DNA of 32,000 nt from Planctomycetales bacterium (GCA_022646745.1 CP060262.1:3900001-3932000), one strand, 5' to 3'. Shown: positions 1 to 9,664, numbered from the stretch's first letter. The notes: generated from the letters alone by a model not told the origin. Numbers and translations are program-made.

Positions 1-3000
1 ATGACGACTTCGGCACCACCACCGTCAAAAGCCACAGCTACGCCGAGACCGGGCAGTACACGGCACGGCTGCGGGTGACTGACAACAAGGATCGAACGGC
101 TGAAGCAACACTGAACATCCTGGCATACCTGCCAAACGGCCCGAATGCGCAGCTGGTCGCCACGCCGTTCAACGGGCAGGAACCCCTCCCGGTGGACCTC
201 GACGCCTCAGGCAGCACGCCGAAGCCCGATACGGAGATCGTGGAGTTCCAGTTCGACTTCGACAACGACTTCGCCTTTGACGACGGCACCAACAGCACGG
301 GACTGCTGTCCACCGTGTTCGAGACCGCGGGGGTGATCCCGGCGCGCGTCAAGGTGATCGATGACAACGGGCTGTTCACGGTGGCCGAGCGCAAGGTCAC
401 CGTCAGTGCGAATGCGCCGCCGACTGCACTGCTGGCACTCGACCCTGAGGCACCGTACTACCTGCCGGCCACGATTGACATCGATGCATCTGGCAGCTCC
501 GATATTGACGGCAACATCATCGGCTACAGCTTCGACTTCGACGGTGATGGTGAATTTGACTACGAAGGACTGGATGCGAACCACCAGTACACCTACGACG
601 TGGCCGGTGACTACACGATCACCCTCAAGGTGACTGACAACGGCCAGAAGACCGGCATGCAGAGCATCCCGATCTCAGTGTTCGAGGATGACCGGCCGGT
701 GGCTGAGCTGGTGGCGGACGTGACGAGCGGGCTCAACCCGCTGACGGTCAACTTCGATGCGACGGGCAGCACTGACCCGGAGAATATGATCGTGGCCTAC
801 GAGTGGGACTTCAACGGCGACGGCGACTTCTCCGACCTGAGCGAAACGACAGGCGTGGCGCAGTTCGACTACATCAGCGCCGGCAACTTCGAGGCCGGCG
901 TACGGGTGCGGGATGCGGATGACAACACATCGATCGCCACGGTCACGATCGCGGTCACCGAGAACAAGGCACCGAATGCGGACGTGCGGGCGGACAAGCT
1001 CAGCGGCTTCACCCCGGTCACGGTCGAGTTCGACGGCAGCAACAGCACGGACCTGGATGGCACGATTGAGCTGTACGAATGGGACGTGGACGGCGATGAC
1101 GACTTCGATGACGGCTATGGCAACGTGGATACGATCAGCATCTTCTACGACAACACCGGCGGAGCCTTCACGATCAAGCTGCGCGTGACGGATGACAAAT
1201 TCAAGAGCAGCACGGACAGCGTGACCGTGAACATCACGAACAACCTCCCGCCGGTGGCTGACATCCAGGCTGATGTGACGAGCGGCTTCAGGCCCCTGCA
1301 TGTGAACTTCGACGCCACGGCTTCGATTGACCCGGACGGCACGATCGCCAACTACCGCTGGGACTTCGATTACGACGGTGTGAGCCCGAGCTTTGAGCTG
1401 GAAGGCGCTGAGGACCAGCCGCAGTGGATTTTCAATGATGCAGGCGGTAGCCCGTTTACAGTGCTGCTGGAAGTGATTGACAATGGCGGCAAGAGCAGCC
1501 AGGCAACGATCGAGATCACAGTGATGGACAATGATGACCCGGAAGCAAGCCTGACTGCTAATGGCATGGTATTCGACCTTAACACTCCTACGCCAATCGA
1601 ATTCGACGCATCAGGCAGTATGGACGTCAACGGTGATGTCATCACGGCGGACTGGGACTTTGACGGCGATGGGACCTTTGAGATTGAAGATGCTGACAAG
1701 GAAGTTCCACAGCAGTATTCCGGATGGAGCCTACCCGGCATGTACCTGGCGACGGTGATCATCACTGATGAGCATGGCGCGAGCGACTCCGCCATCTGGC
1801 CTGTGACGGTCACCGGCGGACAGCCGCCCCCGACCGTGACGATGAGCTCCCCCTGCGTGCAGGGTGAAGCCCCGCTGGCGGTGTACTTCGATGCCGACGG
1901 TTCCGATTCCAACGGCGTGATTGAGAAGTACGAGTTTGACTACGACGGCCCGGTCGGCGGCTGGAACTGGCAGGAGAGCGGCAAGGCGGACAAGGCCAGT
2001 GCGCTGTACACGAATACAGGCACCTACTTCGCCTGGGTGCGCGTGACCGATGACGACGGCGCCTACGGGCTGGCCAGCCTTGAGATCACGGTGGATGACC
2101 AGTACGACCTGGTGATCGTGGACCCGACGGTGAACAGCTCAGACTGGATGGATGCGGCAATCGTGGATGGCCGGCCGGCGATCGCCTATGCCAGCAGCAC
2201 GAGCCAGCTGCGCTTCGTGATCGCCAATGATGCGCAGGGCACCAGCTGGCAGGATCCGCAGGTGCTGAACACTGACAACGCCTCGCACATCAACATCGTC
2301 GAACTGGGCAACGGCCGCGCCGGGATCATGTACTACACCTCACTGGCCGGGATGAAGTTCCTGCGTGCGACGGACAGCACCAACAGTGCCTGGACAAGCC
2401 CGGTGGTGGTCGAGGCATCCGCTGACAACAAGGACATGCGGATGATCATGCTGGAGGATGACCACCCGGCGGTGGCCTACTTCGTCGGCACCAACCTGAA
2501 GTACAAGCGCTGCCTGGATGTGGATGGCGACCTGCCGGCCAGCTGGCCGGCCGCCGCGGTGACGATTGACACCACTGCCAGCCAGCCGATGGAGATGGAG
2601 CTGGTTTTCCTGCACCCGGCGATCGCCTACCGTGACGGCTATGCCCGCAGCGCGGACCAGGTCGGCACAAGCTGGCCGGACCTGTACAGCACCGGCATCA
2701 CCGGCGGCAGCTACTACAGCCTGCTGGACGTCGGCAACCAGCCGCGCATCCTACATGACCAGGGCGGCTATTCGCTGGTGGGCTCGAATGACAGCGGGGC
2801 GACCTGGCCGGTGGACGTCGAGATTGACGGCGGCACCAGCGGCGGGCGTTTCAACACTGGCCTGCACAGCGGTACGCAGTACATCACGGCAGCCAGCCGC
2901 ACGATCAGCGCCAGCAACTTCACGGTGCCGATCTCGCGCCAGTTCTACCTGTTCGATTCGCTGGATGCCGCCGGGAACACATGGAACACGGCATACGCGC

Positions 3001-3137
3001 TGGACAGCCTGCTGGAGCAGGGGCTGGGGGCCGAGATGCTGGATATCGGCGGCGGCGAGATCGGTGTGGCCTACCGCGGCAGCCATAACGGGAACAGCAA
3101 GATTCTCAAGTGGCAGGTCACGGCGCAGAACCCCTAG
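1..3137 (+). CDS. Large secreted/surface protein, 5'-truncated by the window edge: tandem PKD-like domains followed by a C-terminal Asp-box (BNR/sialidase-like) beta-propeller
   Basis: The frame is open from nt 3 (DDFGTTTVKSHSYAETGQYTARLRVTDN...), so the GTG at 75 in the ORF track is internal. Repeated ~90-aa units carry PKD hallmarks (F[DN]A[ST]GS.D.DG.I..Y.WDFDGDG ... G.Y.[IV].L.VTD..G). From about nt 2100 there are repeated strands of the P[AR]IAY type with Asp-box-like motifs (SNDSGATW, DAQGTSW, DSTNSAW, DQVGTSW, DAAGNTW). TAG stop at 3135-3137, followed by a terminator hairpin. Confidence 0.8.
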   Translation, partial: DDFGTTTVKSHSYAETGQYTARLRVTDNKDRTAEATLNILAYLPNGPNAQLVATPFNGQEPLPVDLDASGSTPKPDTEIVEFQFDFDNDFAFDDGTNSTGLLSTVFETAGVIPARVKVIDDNGLFTVAERKVTVSANAPPTALLALDPEAPYYLPATIDIDASGSSDIDGNIIGYSFDFDGDGEFDYEGLDANHQYTYDVAGDYTITLKVTDNGQKTGMQSIPISVFEDDRPVAELVADVTSGLNPLTVNFDATGSTDPENMIVAYEWDFNGDGDFSDLSETTGVAQFDYISAGNFEAGVRVRDADDNTSIATVTIAVTENKAPNADVRADKLSGFTPVTVEFDGSNSTDLDGTIELYEWDVDGDDDFDDGYGNVDTISIFYDNTGGAFTIKLRVTDDKFKSSTDSVTVNITNNLPPVADIQADVTSGFRPLHVNFDATASIDPDGTIANYRWDFDYDGVSPSFELEGAEDQPQWIFNDAGGSPFTVLLEVIDNGGKSSQATIEITVMDNDDPEASLTANGMVFDLNTPTPIEFDASGSMDVNGDVITADWDFDGDGTFEIEDADKEVPQQYSGWSLPGMYLATVIITDEHGASDSAIWPVTVTGGQPPPTVTMSSPCVQGEAPLAVYFDADGSDSNGVIEKYEFDYDGPVGGWNWQESGKADKASALYTNTGTYFAWVRVTDDDGAYGLASLEITVDDQYDLVIVDPTVNSSDWMDAAIVDGRPAIAYASSTSQLRFVIANDAQGTSWQDPQVLNTDNASHINIVELGNGRAGIMYYTSLAGMKFLRATDSTNSAWTSPVVVEASADNKDMRMIMLEDDHPAVAYFVGTNLKYKRCLDVDGDLPASWPAAAVTIDTTASQPMEMELVFLHPAIAYRDGYARSADQVGTSWPDLYSTGITGGSYYSLLDVGNQPRILHDQGGYSLVGSNDSGATWPVDVEIDGGTSGGRFNTGLHSGTQYITAASRTISASNFTVPISRQFYLFDSLDAAGNTWNTAYALDSLLEQGLGAEMLDIGGGEIGVAYRGSHNGNSKILKWQVTAQNP
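3..2100 (+). repeat. Protein-level tandem array: one partial plus seven complete PKD domains (period about 90-95 codons)
   Basis: The motif block [DN]A[ST]GS.D..G.I..Y.[WF]DFD.DG recurs eight times in the translated frame. The units are diverged at the DNA level, so this is a domain array and not a recent nucleotide repeat. Confidence 0.7.
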
Positions 3138-3162
3138 GCCGGTCGCAACGAAGGAATAACAG

Positions 3163-3206
3163 GCTCCCCGTGCTCCGGATAACCAGCCGGATGCGGGGAG
3201 CTTTTT
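3163..3206 (+). terminator. Rho-independent terminator downstream of the PKD/BNR gene
   Basis: GCTCCCCG (3163-3170) pairs with CGGGGAGC (3194-3201). An inner TCCGG/CCGGA stem is also present. A TTTTT tract follows at 3202-3206, 26 nt after the TAG stop. Confidence 0.75.
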
Positions 3207-3390
3207 CCTGTCCGGCTGAGACAGTCTGCGATTATGTGGGTATTATGTACTTCGCCACGCGGCACAGGGAGCGCGTGCTATGCGTCAATACCGCCGTCCG
3301 GCGGCACACACGGCCTGTATGGGAGCAGGCCCGGCAGAGCGGGGACCGGCAATAGCCTGAGTCCACTGCGGATCAGGAGTCAGCAGCTAC

Positions 3391-5220
3391 ATGAAGCACT
3401 TCAAGTCCACTGAAGAAGCGGTGCGCTCCCAGAGCGTGCGCGAGCTGCTGCCCAAGATCATCCCGCTGTTCGCCGGCCAGAAGCGCCTGTTCTTCATCAG
3501 CGTCTCCCTGCTGGCCCTGACCACGACCACAGCGCTCGTCGGCCCGCTGGTGCTGCAGCACATCATTGACGTGGCGATCCCCAAGTCGGACACCAATGAG
3601 CTGTGGCTGGCGGCCGGGATCTACCTCGCGGTGATCGCGCTGGGCAGCGTCGTGAGCTACTACCAGGCGATCACCCTGTTCAGCATGGGAATCCGCATCA
3701 TCACGGACCTGAAGGAACGGCTGTTCCGGCACGTGCTGTACCTCGGGCTGGGCTTCCACGGCGGCCATCCGCCGGGCAAGCTGATCAGCCGCGTTGAAAA
3801 CGACACAGAGACACTAAAGGAACTGTTCGGCGATGTCAGCGTCAACCTGCTGCGCAACTTCGTGCTGTTCTTCGGGATCCTCACCGTGATGCTGCTGAAG
3901 GACCTGCGCATCGCCAGCTACGTGCTGATCATGATCCCGCTCCTGTTCGGCGCCACCTTCTGGTACCTGAACTTCATGAAGAAGTACTGGCGCGAGACCC
4001 GCGCCCAGGTGGCGATCGTGATCGGCTACATCGCCGAGTACATGCAGGGCATGGATGTCATCCAGCAGTTCAACTACCAGAGGCGCGCCCGTGAGCGGAT
4101 GGCGGATGTCAACATGGGCAAGTACCGGATTGACACCCTCAGCCAGTACATCGAGTACGGCTTCTGGGCCGGCTTCATCTTCGGCGAGATCATCGCGATC
4201 TGCGTGGTGCTGGTGGTCGCGATCCAGGGCGTGGTGGACGGCACGGTCAGCCTCGGCATCCTCGTGATGTTCATCGAGTTCATCCGCCAGATGTTCCAGC
4301 CGATCATGGAGCTTTCGGGCCAGCTCAATTTCGTGCAGCGCGGCCTGATCTCAGTCGAGCGCGTGTTTGGCATCCTCGAGACGGAGATCTCGATCAAGGA
4401 CGGCCCGCGCGACCCATCCGAACTGAAGTTCGAACGGGAGATCCGCTTTGAGAATGTCTGGTTCGCCTATGAGGACAATGCTGAGGGCGAGCCGGAGTGG
4501 ATCCTGAAGGATGTGTCATTCACGGTCCAGAAGGGCCAGAAGATCGCATTCGTCGGCCCGTCCGGTGGTGGCAAGAGCACGACCATCAACCTGCTGCTGC
4601 GTTTCTATGACCCGCAGCAGGGACGCGTGACAGTGGACGGCATTGACATCCGCGAATTCCCGGTGAAGGCCTGGCGCGAGCTGCTCGGCCTGGTGCTGCA
4701 GGACATCTACCTGTTCCCCGGCAGCGTGAAGGACAACATCCGCGTATTTGACAACAGCATCAGCGATGAACAGGTGCAGAACGTGGCGCAGATCGCGCGG
4801 GCGGACGAGATCGTCGGCAAGCTGAAGGACGGCTATGACGGCGAGCTGGCGGAGCGCGGTGCCAACCTGTCGGTCGGCGAGCGCCAGCTGCTGAGCTTCG
4901 CCCGGGCGCTGGCCTATGATCCGCCGGTGCTTGTGCTGGATGAAGCCACAAGCAGCGTGGACCCGCACACTGAGCAGATGGTGCAGGAGGCGATCGACCG
5001 CCTGCTGGAGGGCCGCACCGCGATGATCGTGGCGCACCGCCTGAGCACGATCCTCAACAGTGACCGGATCCTCGTGATCAAGGGCGGGCAGCTGGTGGAA
5101 AGCGGCACGCATGAGGAGCTGTACCACACTGATGGTGTGTACACCCGGCTCGTCAAGCTGCAGTTCGGCGACAAGAGTGACCAGATCACGGCCAACCTGG
5201 CGAAGGCGGCAGGGCGATGA
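3391..5220 (+). CDS. ABC exporter, fused permease/ATPase half-transporter (MsbA/multidrug-type), subunit 1 of a heterodimer
   Basis: 609 aa. N-terminal part has six hydrophobic segments. Walker A GPSGGGKST, signature LSVGERQ (non-canonical), Walker B VLVLDEAT, H-loop AHRLST. AGGAG lies 12 nt upstream of the ATG. The stop overlaps the next start (ATGA, 5217-5220). Confidence 0.92.
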   Translation: MKHFKSTEEAVRSQSVRELLPKIIPLFAGQKRLFFISVSLLALTTTTALVGPLVLQHIIDVAIPKSDTNELWLAAGIYLAVIALGSVVSYYQAITLFSMGIRIITDLKERLFRHVLYLGLGFHGGHPPGKLISRVENDTETLKELFGDVSVNLLRNFVLFFGILTVMLLKDLRIASYVLIMIPLLFGATFWYLNFMKKYWRETRAQVAIVIGYIAEYMQGMDVIQQFNYQRRARERMADVNMGKYRIDTLSQYIEYGFWAGFIFGEIIAICVVLVVAIQGVVDGTVSLGILVMFIEFIRQMFQPIMELSGQLNFVQRGLISVERVFGILETEISIKDGPRDPSELKFEREIRFENVWFAYEDNAEGEPEWILKDVSFTVQKGQKIAFVGPSGGGKSTTINLLLRFYDPQQGRVTVDGIDIREFPVKAWRELLGLVLQDIYLFPGSVKDNIRVFDNSISDEQVQNVAQIARADEIVGKLKDGYDGELAERGANLSVGERQLLSFARALAYDPPVLVLDEATSSVDPHTEQMVQEAIDRLLEGRTAMIVAHRLSTILNSDRILVIKGGQLVESGTHEELYHTDGVYTRLVKLQFGDKSDQITANLAKAAGR

Positions 5221-6998
5221 AGCATATCCGCTGGATCTGGCGCTTCTGGCAGCCGCACCGCCCCTGGCTGTACGTGCTGGGTTTCCTCACACTGCTGAGC
5301 AGCGCGGCGACGATCGGCTTCCCGCTGGTGCTCAAGTTCGTGATTGACAACCTCGACGAGAACCTGAAGGACAACCCGAGCCTAGACGCCACCGAGCTGA
5401 CCTACAAGCTGGTGATGATGATCGTGATCGTCGGGCTGGTGCGCAGTGCCTCATGGATCTACCCCGGTGTGCGCGCGCAGGTGAACAACCTGCTGGAGAA
5501 GGACGTACGCGAGTACTACTTCGGCCAGATCGTGCAGAAGGGCTACCGTTTCTTCCAGAAGTTCCGCACCGGCGACCTGGTGACCCGGCTCAGTGACGAC
5601 ATCTTCGGTTTCCCGAAGATCGCCTGGTTCTGCTGCTCGGGCATCTTCCGCGCGGTGGAAAGCAGCAGCAAGTTCGTGTTCTGCATGGCATTCATGTTCT
5701 ACATGAACTGGCAGCTGGCGCTGTTGGCAATCATCCCGCTGCCGGTGATGCTGATGATCTTCTACCGCATCCGCATGGCGCTGACCAAGGCCAGTGCGGA
5801 CCGCCAGCAGATCTTCAGCCGTACGAATGACGAACTGGAAGCCAGCTTCAGCGGGATCCGGATCCTGAAGGCCTTCTGCGGGGAGATGCACCAGGTGCGC
5901 AACCTGCGCGGCATCCTGGACGAGCGCATCGCCGTCGAGCTGCGCCTGCAGCGATTGTGGATGGGCGTGCGCATGCTCTACCAGGGTGTGCAGTTCACCG
6001 GGCAGATCATCGTGATCGTGGCCGGCGGCTACATGGTGCTCAACGACCAGCTGAAGATCGGTGAGTTCTACGCGTTCTACGTCTACCTCTCGATCCTGCT
6101 GGCACCGCTGATGGACATCCCCAACCTGTTCGTCACCAGCCGCCAGGCCTTCGCCTGCATCGACCGCGAGATCGAGATCGAGGAGACGCGTGGCGGCACC
6201 GAGGACATCTACACTGGCAGGGACACCGTCGGCCGCATCGAGCGCCTCGCGCTGGAGCGGGCCTCGTTCTGCTTCGACCCCGGCCTGCCGAATGCGGTTG
6301 ACAATGTGGACCTCGAACTGGGTAGCGGGCGCAAGATCGCGATCGTCGGCCGCGTCGGCAGCGGCAAGAGCACGCTGCTCAAGGTGGTGGCCGGGCTGCT
6401 GCCGCCGCAGGAAGGGGCGCTGCTTGTCAACGGCAGGCCGCTGACGGAATACGCTCTGGATGACTACCGCCGCCATGTAGGCTACATCCCGCAGGAGGCC
6501 ACGCTGTTCAGCGAAAGTGTCAGTGACAACGTCAGCTTCGGCCGCGAGACTGATGCGGAGATCGTGATCCGCTCACTGGAGATGGCCCGCGTGCGCACTG
6601 AGCTTGAGGCCCTGCCGAAGGGACTGGAGACCGTGCTCGGGCAGAAGGGCCTGACGATCTCCGGCGGGCAGAAGCAGCGCCTGGCGATTGCGCGTGCACT
6701 GGCCGGGCAGCCGGATGTGCTGCTGATGGACGACTGCACCGCCAGCCTGGATGCGGAGAATGAAAAGGCCTTCTGGGAGCTGCTGCGTGAGCATTACCCG
6801 CAGACCGCCTGCCTGATCGTGACGCACCGCCTGGCAACGGCCCAGGTGGCGGACCTGATCCACGTGATGGAGGACGGGCGGATCGTCGGCAGCGGTTCGC
6901 ACATGCAGCTGCTGGCGGAGTGTGAGGCCTACCGCAATTTCCTCAGCCGGGAGGAGATGAAGGCGGACCTGGAGCTGGCGGGTAATGAAGCAGGCTGA
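5217..6998 (+). CDS. ABC exporter, fused permease/ATPase half-transporter, subunit 2 of a heterodimer (degenerate Walker B)
   Basis: 593 aa. Walker A GRVGSGKST, canonical signature ISGGQKQR, Walker B VLLMDDCT (Asp in place of the catalytic Glu), H-loop THRLAT. 4-nt overlap with the upstream gene. Confidence 0.92.
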   Translation: MKHIRWIWRFWQPHRPWLYVLGFLTLLSSAATIGFPLVLKFVIDNLDENLKDNPSLDATELTYKLVMMIVIVGLVRSASWIYPGVRAQVNNLLEKDVREYYFGQIVQKGYRFFQKFRTGDLVTRLSDDIFGFPKIAWFCCSGIFRAVESSSKFVFCMAFMFYMNWQLALLAIIPLPVMLMIFYRIRMALTKASADRQQIFSRTNDELEASFSGIRILKAFCGEMHQVRNLRGILDERIAVELRLQRLWMGVRMLYQGVQFTGQIIVIVAGGYMVLNDQLKIGEFYAFYVYLSILLAPLMDIPNLFVTSRQAFACIDREIEIEETRGGTEDIYTGRDTVGRIERLALERASFCFDPGLPNAVDNVDLELGSGRKIAIVGRVGSGKSTLLKVVAGLLPPQEGALLVNGRPLTEYALDDYRRHVGYIPQEATLFSESVSDNVSFGRETDAEIVIRSLEMARVRTELEALPKGLETVLGQKGLTISGGQKQRLAIARALAGQPDVLLMDDCTASLDAENEKAFWELLREHYPQTACLIVTHRLATAQVADLIHVMEDGRIVGSGSHMQLLAECEAYRNFLSREEMKADLELAGNEAG

Positions 6999-7665
6999 CA
7001 CCCGCCTGCGCCTGCAGGCCGTGATCTTTGACATGGACGGCCTGTTGATTGACAGCGAACCCTTCTGGCGCGATGCCGAGGTGGCGGTGCTCAACCCGCT
7101 CGGCGTGCCGATCAGCCATGATGACTGCGCCCAGTTCGCCGGCCTTCGCATCCGCGAGGTTGTCGCGAACTGGCGCGAGCTATACCCCTGGGACGGTGAG
7201 TCCACGGAGAGTGTGGCGGACAGGATCCAGCAGCAGCTCTGCGATAGCATCCGCGAGCGCGGGCAGCTGCTGCCCGGTGCACAGGAACTGGTCAGGGAGC
7301 TGCACGGGCGCGGCTACCCACTGGCGATTGCCACCAGCAGCGCACCGGACGTCGTCGACGCCGTGATGGCGGTCAGCGGACTGCGGGACTGCTTCAGGGT
7401 GATTGCCAGCGCATCGGACGAGCAGTATGGCAAGCCCCACCCTGCCGTATATCTCAGTGCAGCCGGCCGGCTCGGCGTCGAGCCGCAGCACTGCCTGGTG
7501 TTCGAGGATGCCCTGCTGGGGATCATCTCCGCCAAGGCGGCGCGGATGACCGTTGTCGCCGTGCCTGAGGAGCTGAACCATGGCGATGTTCGCTTCCAGC
7601 TGGCTGACCGGGTGATTGAAAGTCTCAGGGATTTCTGGGAAGATGCAGGGGAGCTGCTGGGCTGA
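6985..7665 (+). CDS. HAD-superfamily sugar-phosphatase (beta-phosphoglucomutase / YniC-HxpB-like subfamily)
   Basis: 226 aa. Motif I is VIFDMDGLLIDSEPFW (DxDG), motif II is IATSS, motif III is KPHP...VFEDALLG. Overlaps the ABC subunit 2 stop by 14 nt. Confidence 0.8.
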   Translation: MKQADTRLRLQAVIFDMDGLLIDSEPFWRDAEVAVLNPLGVPISHDDCAQFAGLRIREVVANWRELYPWDGESTESVADRIQQQLCDSIRERGQLLPGAQELVRELHGRGYPLAIATSSAPDVVDAVMAVSGLRDCFRVIASASDEQYGKPHPAVYLSAAGRLGVEPQHCLVFEDALLGIISAKAARMTVVAVPEELNHGDVRFQLADRVIESLRDFWEDAGELLG

Positions 7666-7688
7666 ACCTCCGGCAGTGGAGGACCAGC

Positions 7689-8165
7689 ATGACTGACAAC
7701 GCCAATCCAGATGCCAGGCCACAGGCCCGCATCAACTTCATCTACCTGCACGCGACTGACATGGAGGCGATGCGTGCCTTCTACAAGGATGCGCTGGGCT
7801 GCAGCGAGATCCACTACCGGCCGGTGGATGAGCATGGCTACGGCTGGTCGGTGATCGACATGGGCTGCTTCCAGTTCATGATCCATCCTGACAAGTCAGC
7901 CGTGAAGCTGGAGGGCTGGAGCATGCAGCCGGGCTGGGACGGCGGGACGGTACCGGGGATTTCCTGGAGCGTCGTTGTCAGGAATGAGGACATGCCGCAG
8001 GTGATTGTCAGGCTGCGTGAGATGCGCGCCCCGGCCTTCGATGAGGAACCGCAGTGGTGCCAGGACAGTTACTGGAGCTACCCGGTGCAGGACCCGATGG
8101 GCAACACGGTGGAAGTGCACAGCATACCGGATGAAAGGCCGGAGAGCACTGTGTGGACTGATTAG
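7689..8165 (+). CDS. VOC (glyoxalase/bleomycin-resistance/dioxygenase fold) family protein
   Basis: 158 aa. N-terminal INFIYLHATDMEAMRAFYKDALG is typical of the first beta-alpha-beta-beta-beta module of VOC proteins. GGAGGA Shine-Dalgarno at 7678-7683. Confidence 0.6.
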   Translation: MTDNANPDARPQARINFIYLHATDMEAMRAFYKDALGCSEIHYRPVDEHGYGWSVIDMGCFQFMIHPDKSAVKLEGWSMQPGWDGGTVPGISWSVVVRNEDMPQVIVRLREMRAPAFDEEPQWCQDSYWSYPVQDPMGNTVEVHSIPDERPESTVWTD

Positions 8166-8172
8166 GTTGGAG

Positions 8173-8228
8173 GTTTGAGTTGGGAGGTTGGAGAGTAAGA
8201 CAACATCTCCAAAGTCCCCACTCCAAAC
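8173..8228. terminator. Long imperfect inverted repeat between convergent genes; likely a bidirectional terminator
   Basis: GTTTGAGTTGGGAGGTTGGAGA (8173-8194) is roughly the reverse complement of TCTCCAAAGTCCCCACTCCAAAC (8206-8228), with an 11-nt loop. It fills the 72-nt gap between the VOC stop (8165) and the lpdA stop (8238). No clean T-tract. Confidence 0.5.
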
Positions 8229-8237
8229 GCAAAACGC

Positions 8238-9635
8238 CTACAGGCCGTGGATCGCGCGGCCGTCCACCGCAAACGCCGCTTCCTTCACCGCTTCGCTCAG
8301 CGTCGGGTGAGCATGGCAGGTGCGCGCGATATCCTCAGCGCTGGCCTTGAACTCCATCGCCGTGGCGCATTCCGCGATCAGGTCGCCGGCCTGTGGGCCG
8401 ATGATGTGCACACCGAGTACGCGGTCCGTCTTCGCATCCGCGAGGATCTTCACGCTGCCATCCGTTTCGTTCATTGAGTGCGCACGGCCATTGGCCTTGA
8501 AGATGAACTTGCCGGCCTTGAACTCGATGCCGGCCTCCTTAAGCTCCTCCTCGGTCTTGCCAACCGTGGCGATCTCAGGGTGCGTGTAGACGATGCCGGG
8601 AATCACGTCGTAGTTCACGTGGCCATAGCCTGTGGCGATCAGCTCCACGCAGGCGATGCCTTCCTCCTCAGCCTTGTGTGCGAGCATCGGGCCGTGGATC
8701 ACGTCGCCGATCGCGAAAATGCCGTCGACATTCGTACGGTAGTGGTCGTCAACCACCACCTGGCCACGCTCATTGAGCTTGACACCGGCTTCCTCGGCCC
8801 CGAGACCGTCCGTGTTGGCCCAGCGGCCGACCACGCTCAGCAGGCGGTCGCATTCCACCGGGTCCTGGCCCTCGATCTCGACGATCACCTTCTTGCCCTT
8901 GACCTTGGCACCGGTGACCTTGGTCCCGAGGCGGAACTCGAGTCCCTGCTTCTTCATCACGCGCAGGCTCTCGCGGGCCAGGCCGCTGTCCATGCCGGGC
9001 AGGATGCGGTCGAGGTACTCAAGCACGATCACCTTGCTGCCGAGCCGGTGCCAGACACTGCCAAGCTCCAGGCCGATGTAGCCGGCACCGATCACGACGA
9101 GGGTCTCCGGCACATCCGGGAAGCTCAGGCCGCCCTTCGAACCGCAGATGCGGTCGTTGTCAATTTCCACGCCCCTGAGCTGGGCCGGCTTGGAGCCGGT
9201 GGCGATCATGATGCGCGCGGTCTCGTAGACCTGCTTGTTGCCATCGAAGTCCGTCACCTCGACCTTGCCCGCCGACACAATCCGTCCGCTGCCACGCAGC
9301 CCGGTGACGCCGTTCTTCTTGAACAGGCCGTCAATCCCGCCGGCGTTGATCTGCACAACCTTGTCCTTGCGTGCCATCATCTGCGCCAGGTTGAGCTTGA
9401 CGCCCTTGACCTCGATGCCGTGGTCGCCCAGCAGGTCCTTCGCCTGGTGGTAGCGGTAGCTGCTCTCCAGCAGCGCCTTGCTCGGGATGCAGCCCACGCG
9501 CAGGCAGGTGCCGCCGAACAGCTCGTTCTTGTCAACGCAGGCCGTCTTCAGGCCGAGCTGGCCGGCACGGATCGCGGCGACGTAGCCGCCCGGGCCGCCG
9601 CCGATGACAATCAGGTCGAATTTCTCGTTGCTCAT
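8238..9635 (-). CDS. lpdA: Dihydrolipoyl dehydrogenase (E3 component)
   Basis: FAD-binding fold DLIVIGGGPGGY, redox-active disulfide GGTCLRVGCIPSK, NAD-binding fold VVIGAGYIGLE, C-terminal interface HAHPTLSE. I chose the ATG at 9635 (MSNEKFDL...) preceded by GGGGAATGAG. The track's GTG at 9647 lies inside a hairpin. Confidence 0.95.
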   Translation of the reverse strand: MSNEKFDLIVIGGGPGGYVAAIRAGQLGLKTACVDKNELFGGTCLRVGCIPSKALLESSYRYHQAKDLLGDHGIEVKGVKLNLAQMMARKDKVVQINAGGIDGLFKKNGVTGLRGSGRIVSAGKVEVTDFDGNKQVYETARIMIATGSKPAQLRGVEIDNDRICGSKGGLSFPDVPETLVVIGAGYIGLELGSVWHRLGSKVIVLEYLDRILPGMDSGLARESLRVMKKQGLEFRLGTKVTGAKVKGKKVIVEIEGQDPVECDRLLSVVGRWANTDGLGAEEAGVKLNERGQVVVDDHYRTNVDGIFAIGDVIHGPMLAHKAEEEGIACVELIATGYGHVNYDVIPGIVYTHPEIATVGKTEEELKEAGIEFKAGKFIFKANGRAHSMNETDGSVKILADAKTDRVLGVHIIGPQAGDLIAECATAMEFKASAEDIARTCHAHPTLSEAVKEAAFAVDGRAIHGL

Positions 9636-9645
9636 CTCATTCCCC

Positions 9646-9664
9646 ACAGCAGGCGAACTGCTGT
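9646..9664 (-). other. Intercistronic hairpin immediately upstream of the lpdA ribosome-binding site
   Basis: On the minus strand, ACAGCAG-TTCGC-CTGCTGT forms a perfect 7-bp stem with a 5-nt loop. It is followed directly by GGGGAATGAGATG, the lpdA SD and start. Confidence 0.4.

Noticed and set aside
3-2100. PKD repeats as a nucleotide-level tandem repeat or recombination hotspot
   Set aside because: The units are clearly diverged in codon sequence, with conservation only at the motif level, so I saw no evidence of recent DNA duplication.
3256-3304. Small palindromes upstream of the ABC operon (CACGCG-N10-CGCGTG at 3256-3277; CCGCCG-TC-CGGCGG at 3291-3304) as regulatory sites, and a TATTAT -10-like hexamer near 3240
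   Set aside because: GC-rich 6-mers of this kind are expected by chance in high-GC DNA, and I could find no convincing -35/-10 pair, so I do not call them as features.
5451-7250. 341-aa and 225-aa minus-strand ORFs opposite ABC subunit 2 and the HAD gene
   Set aside because: They are shadow ORFs. The sense strand carries Walker A, Walker B, signature and HAD motifs.
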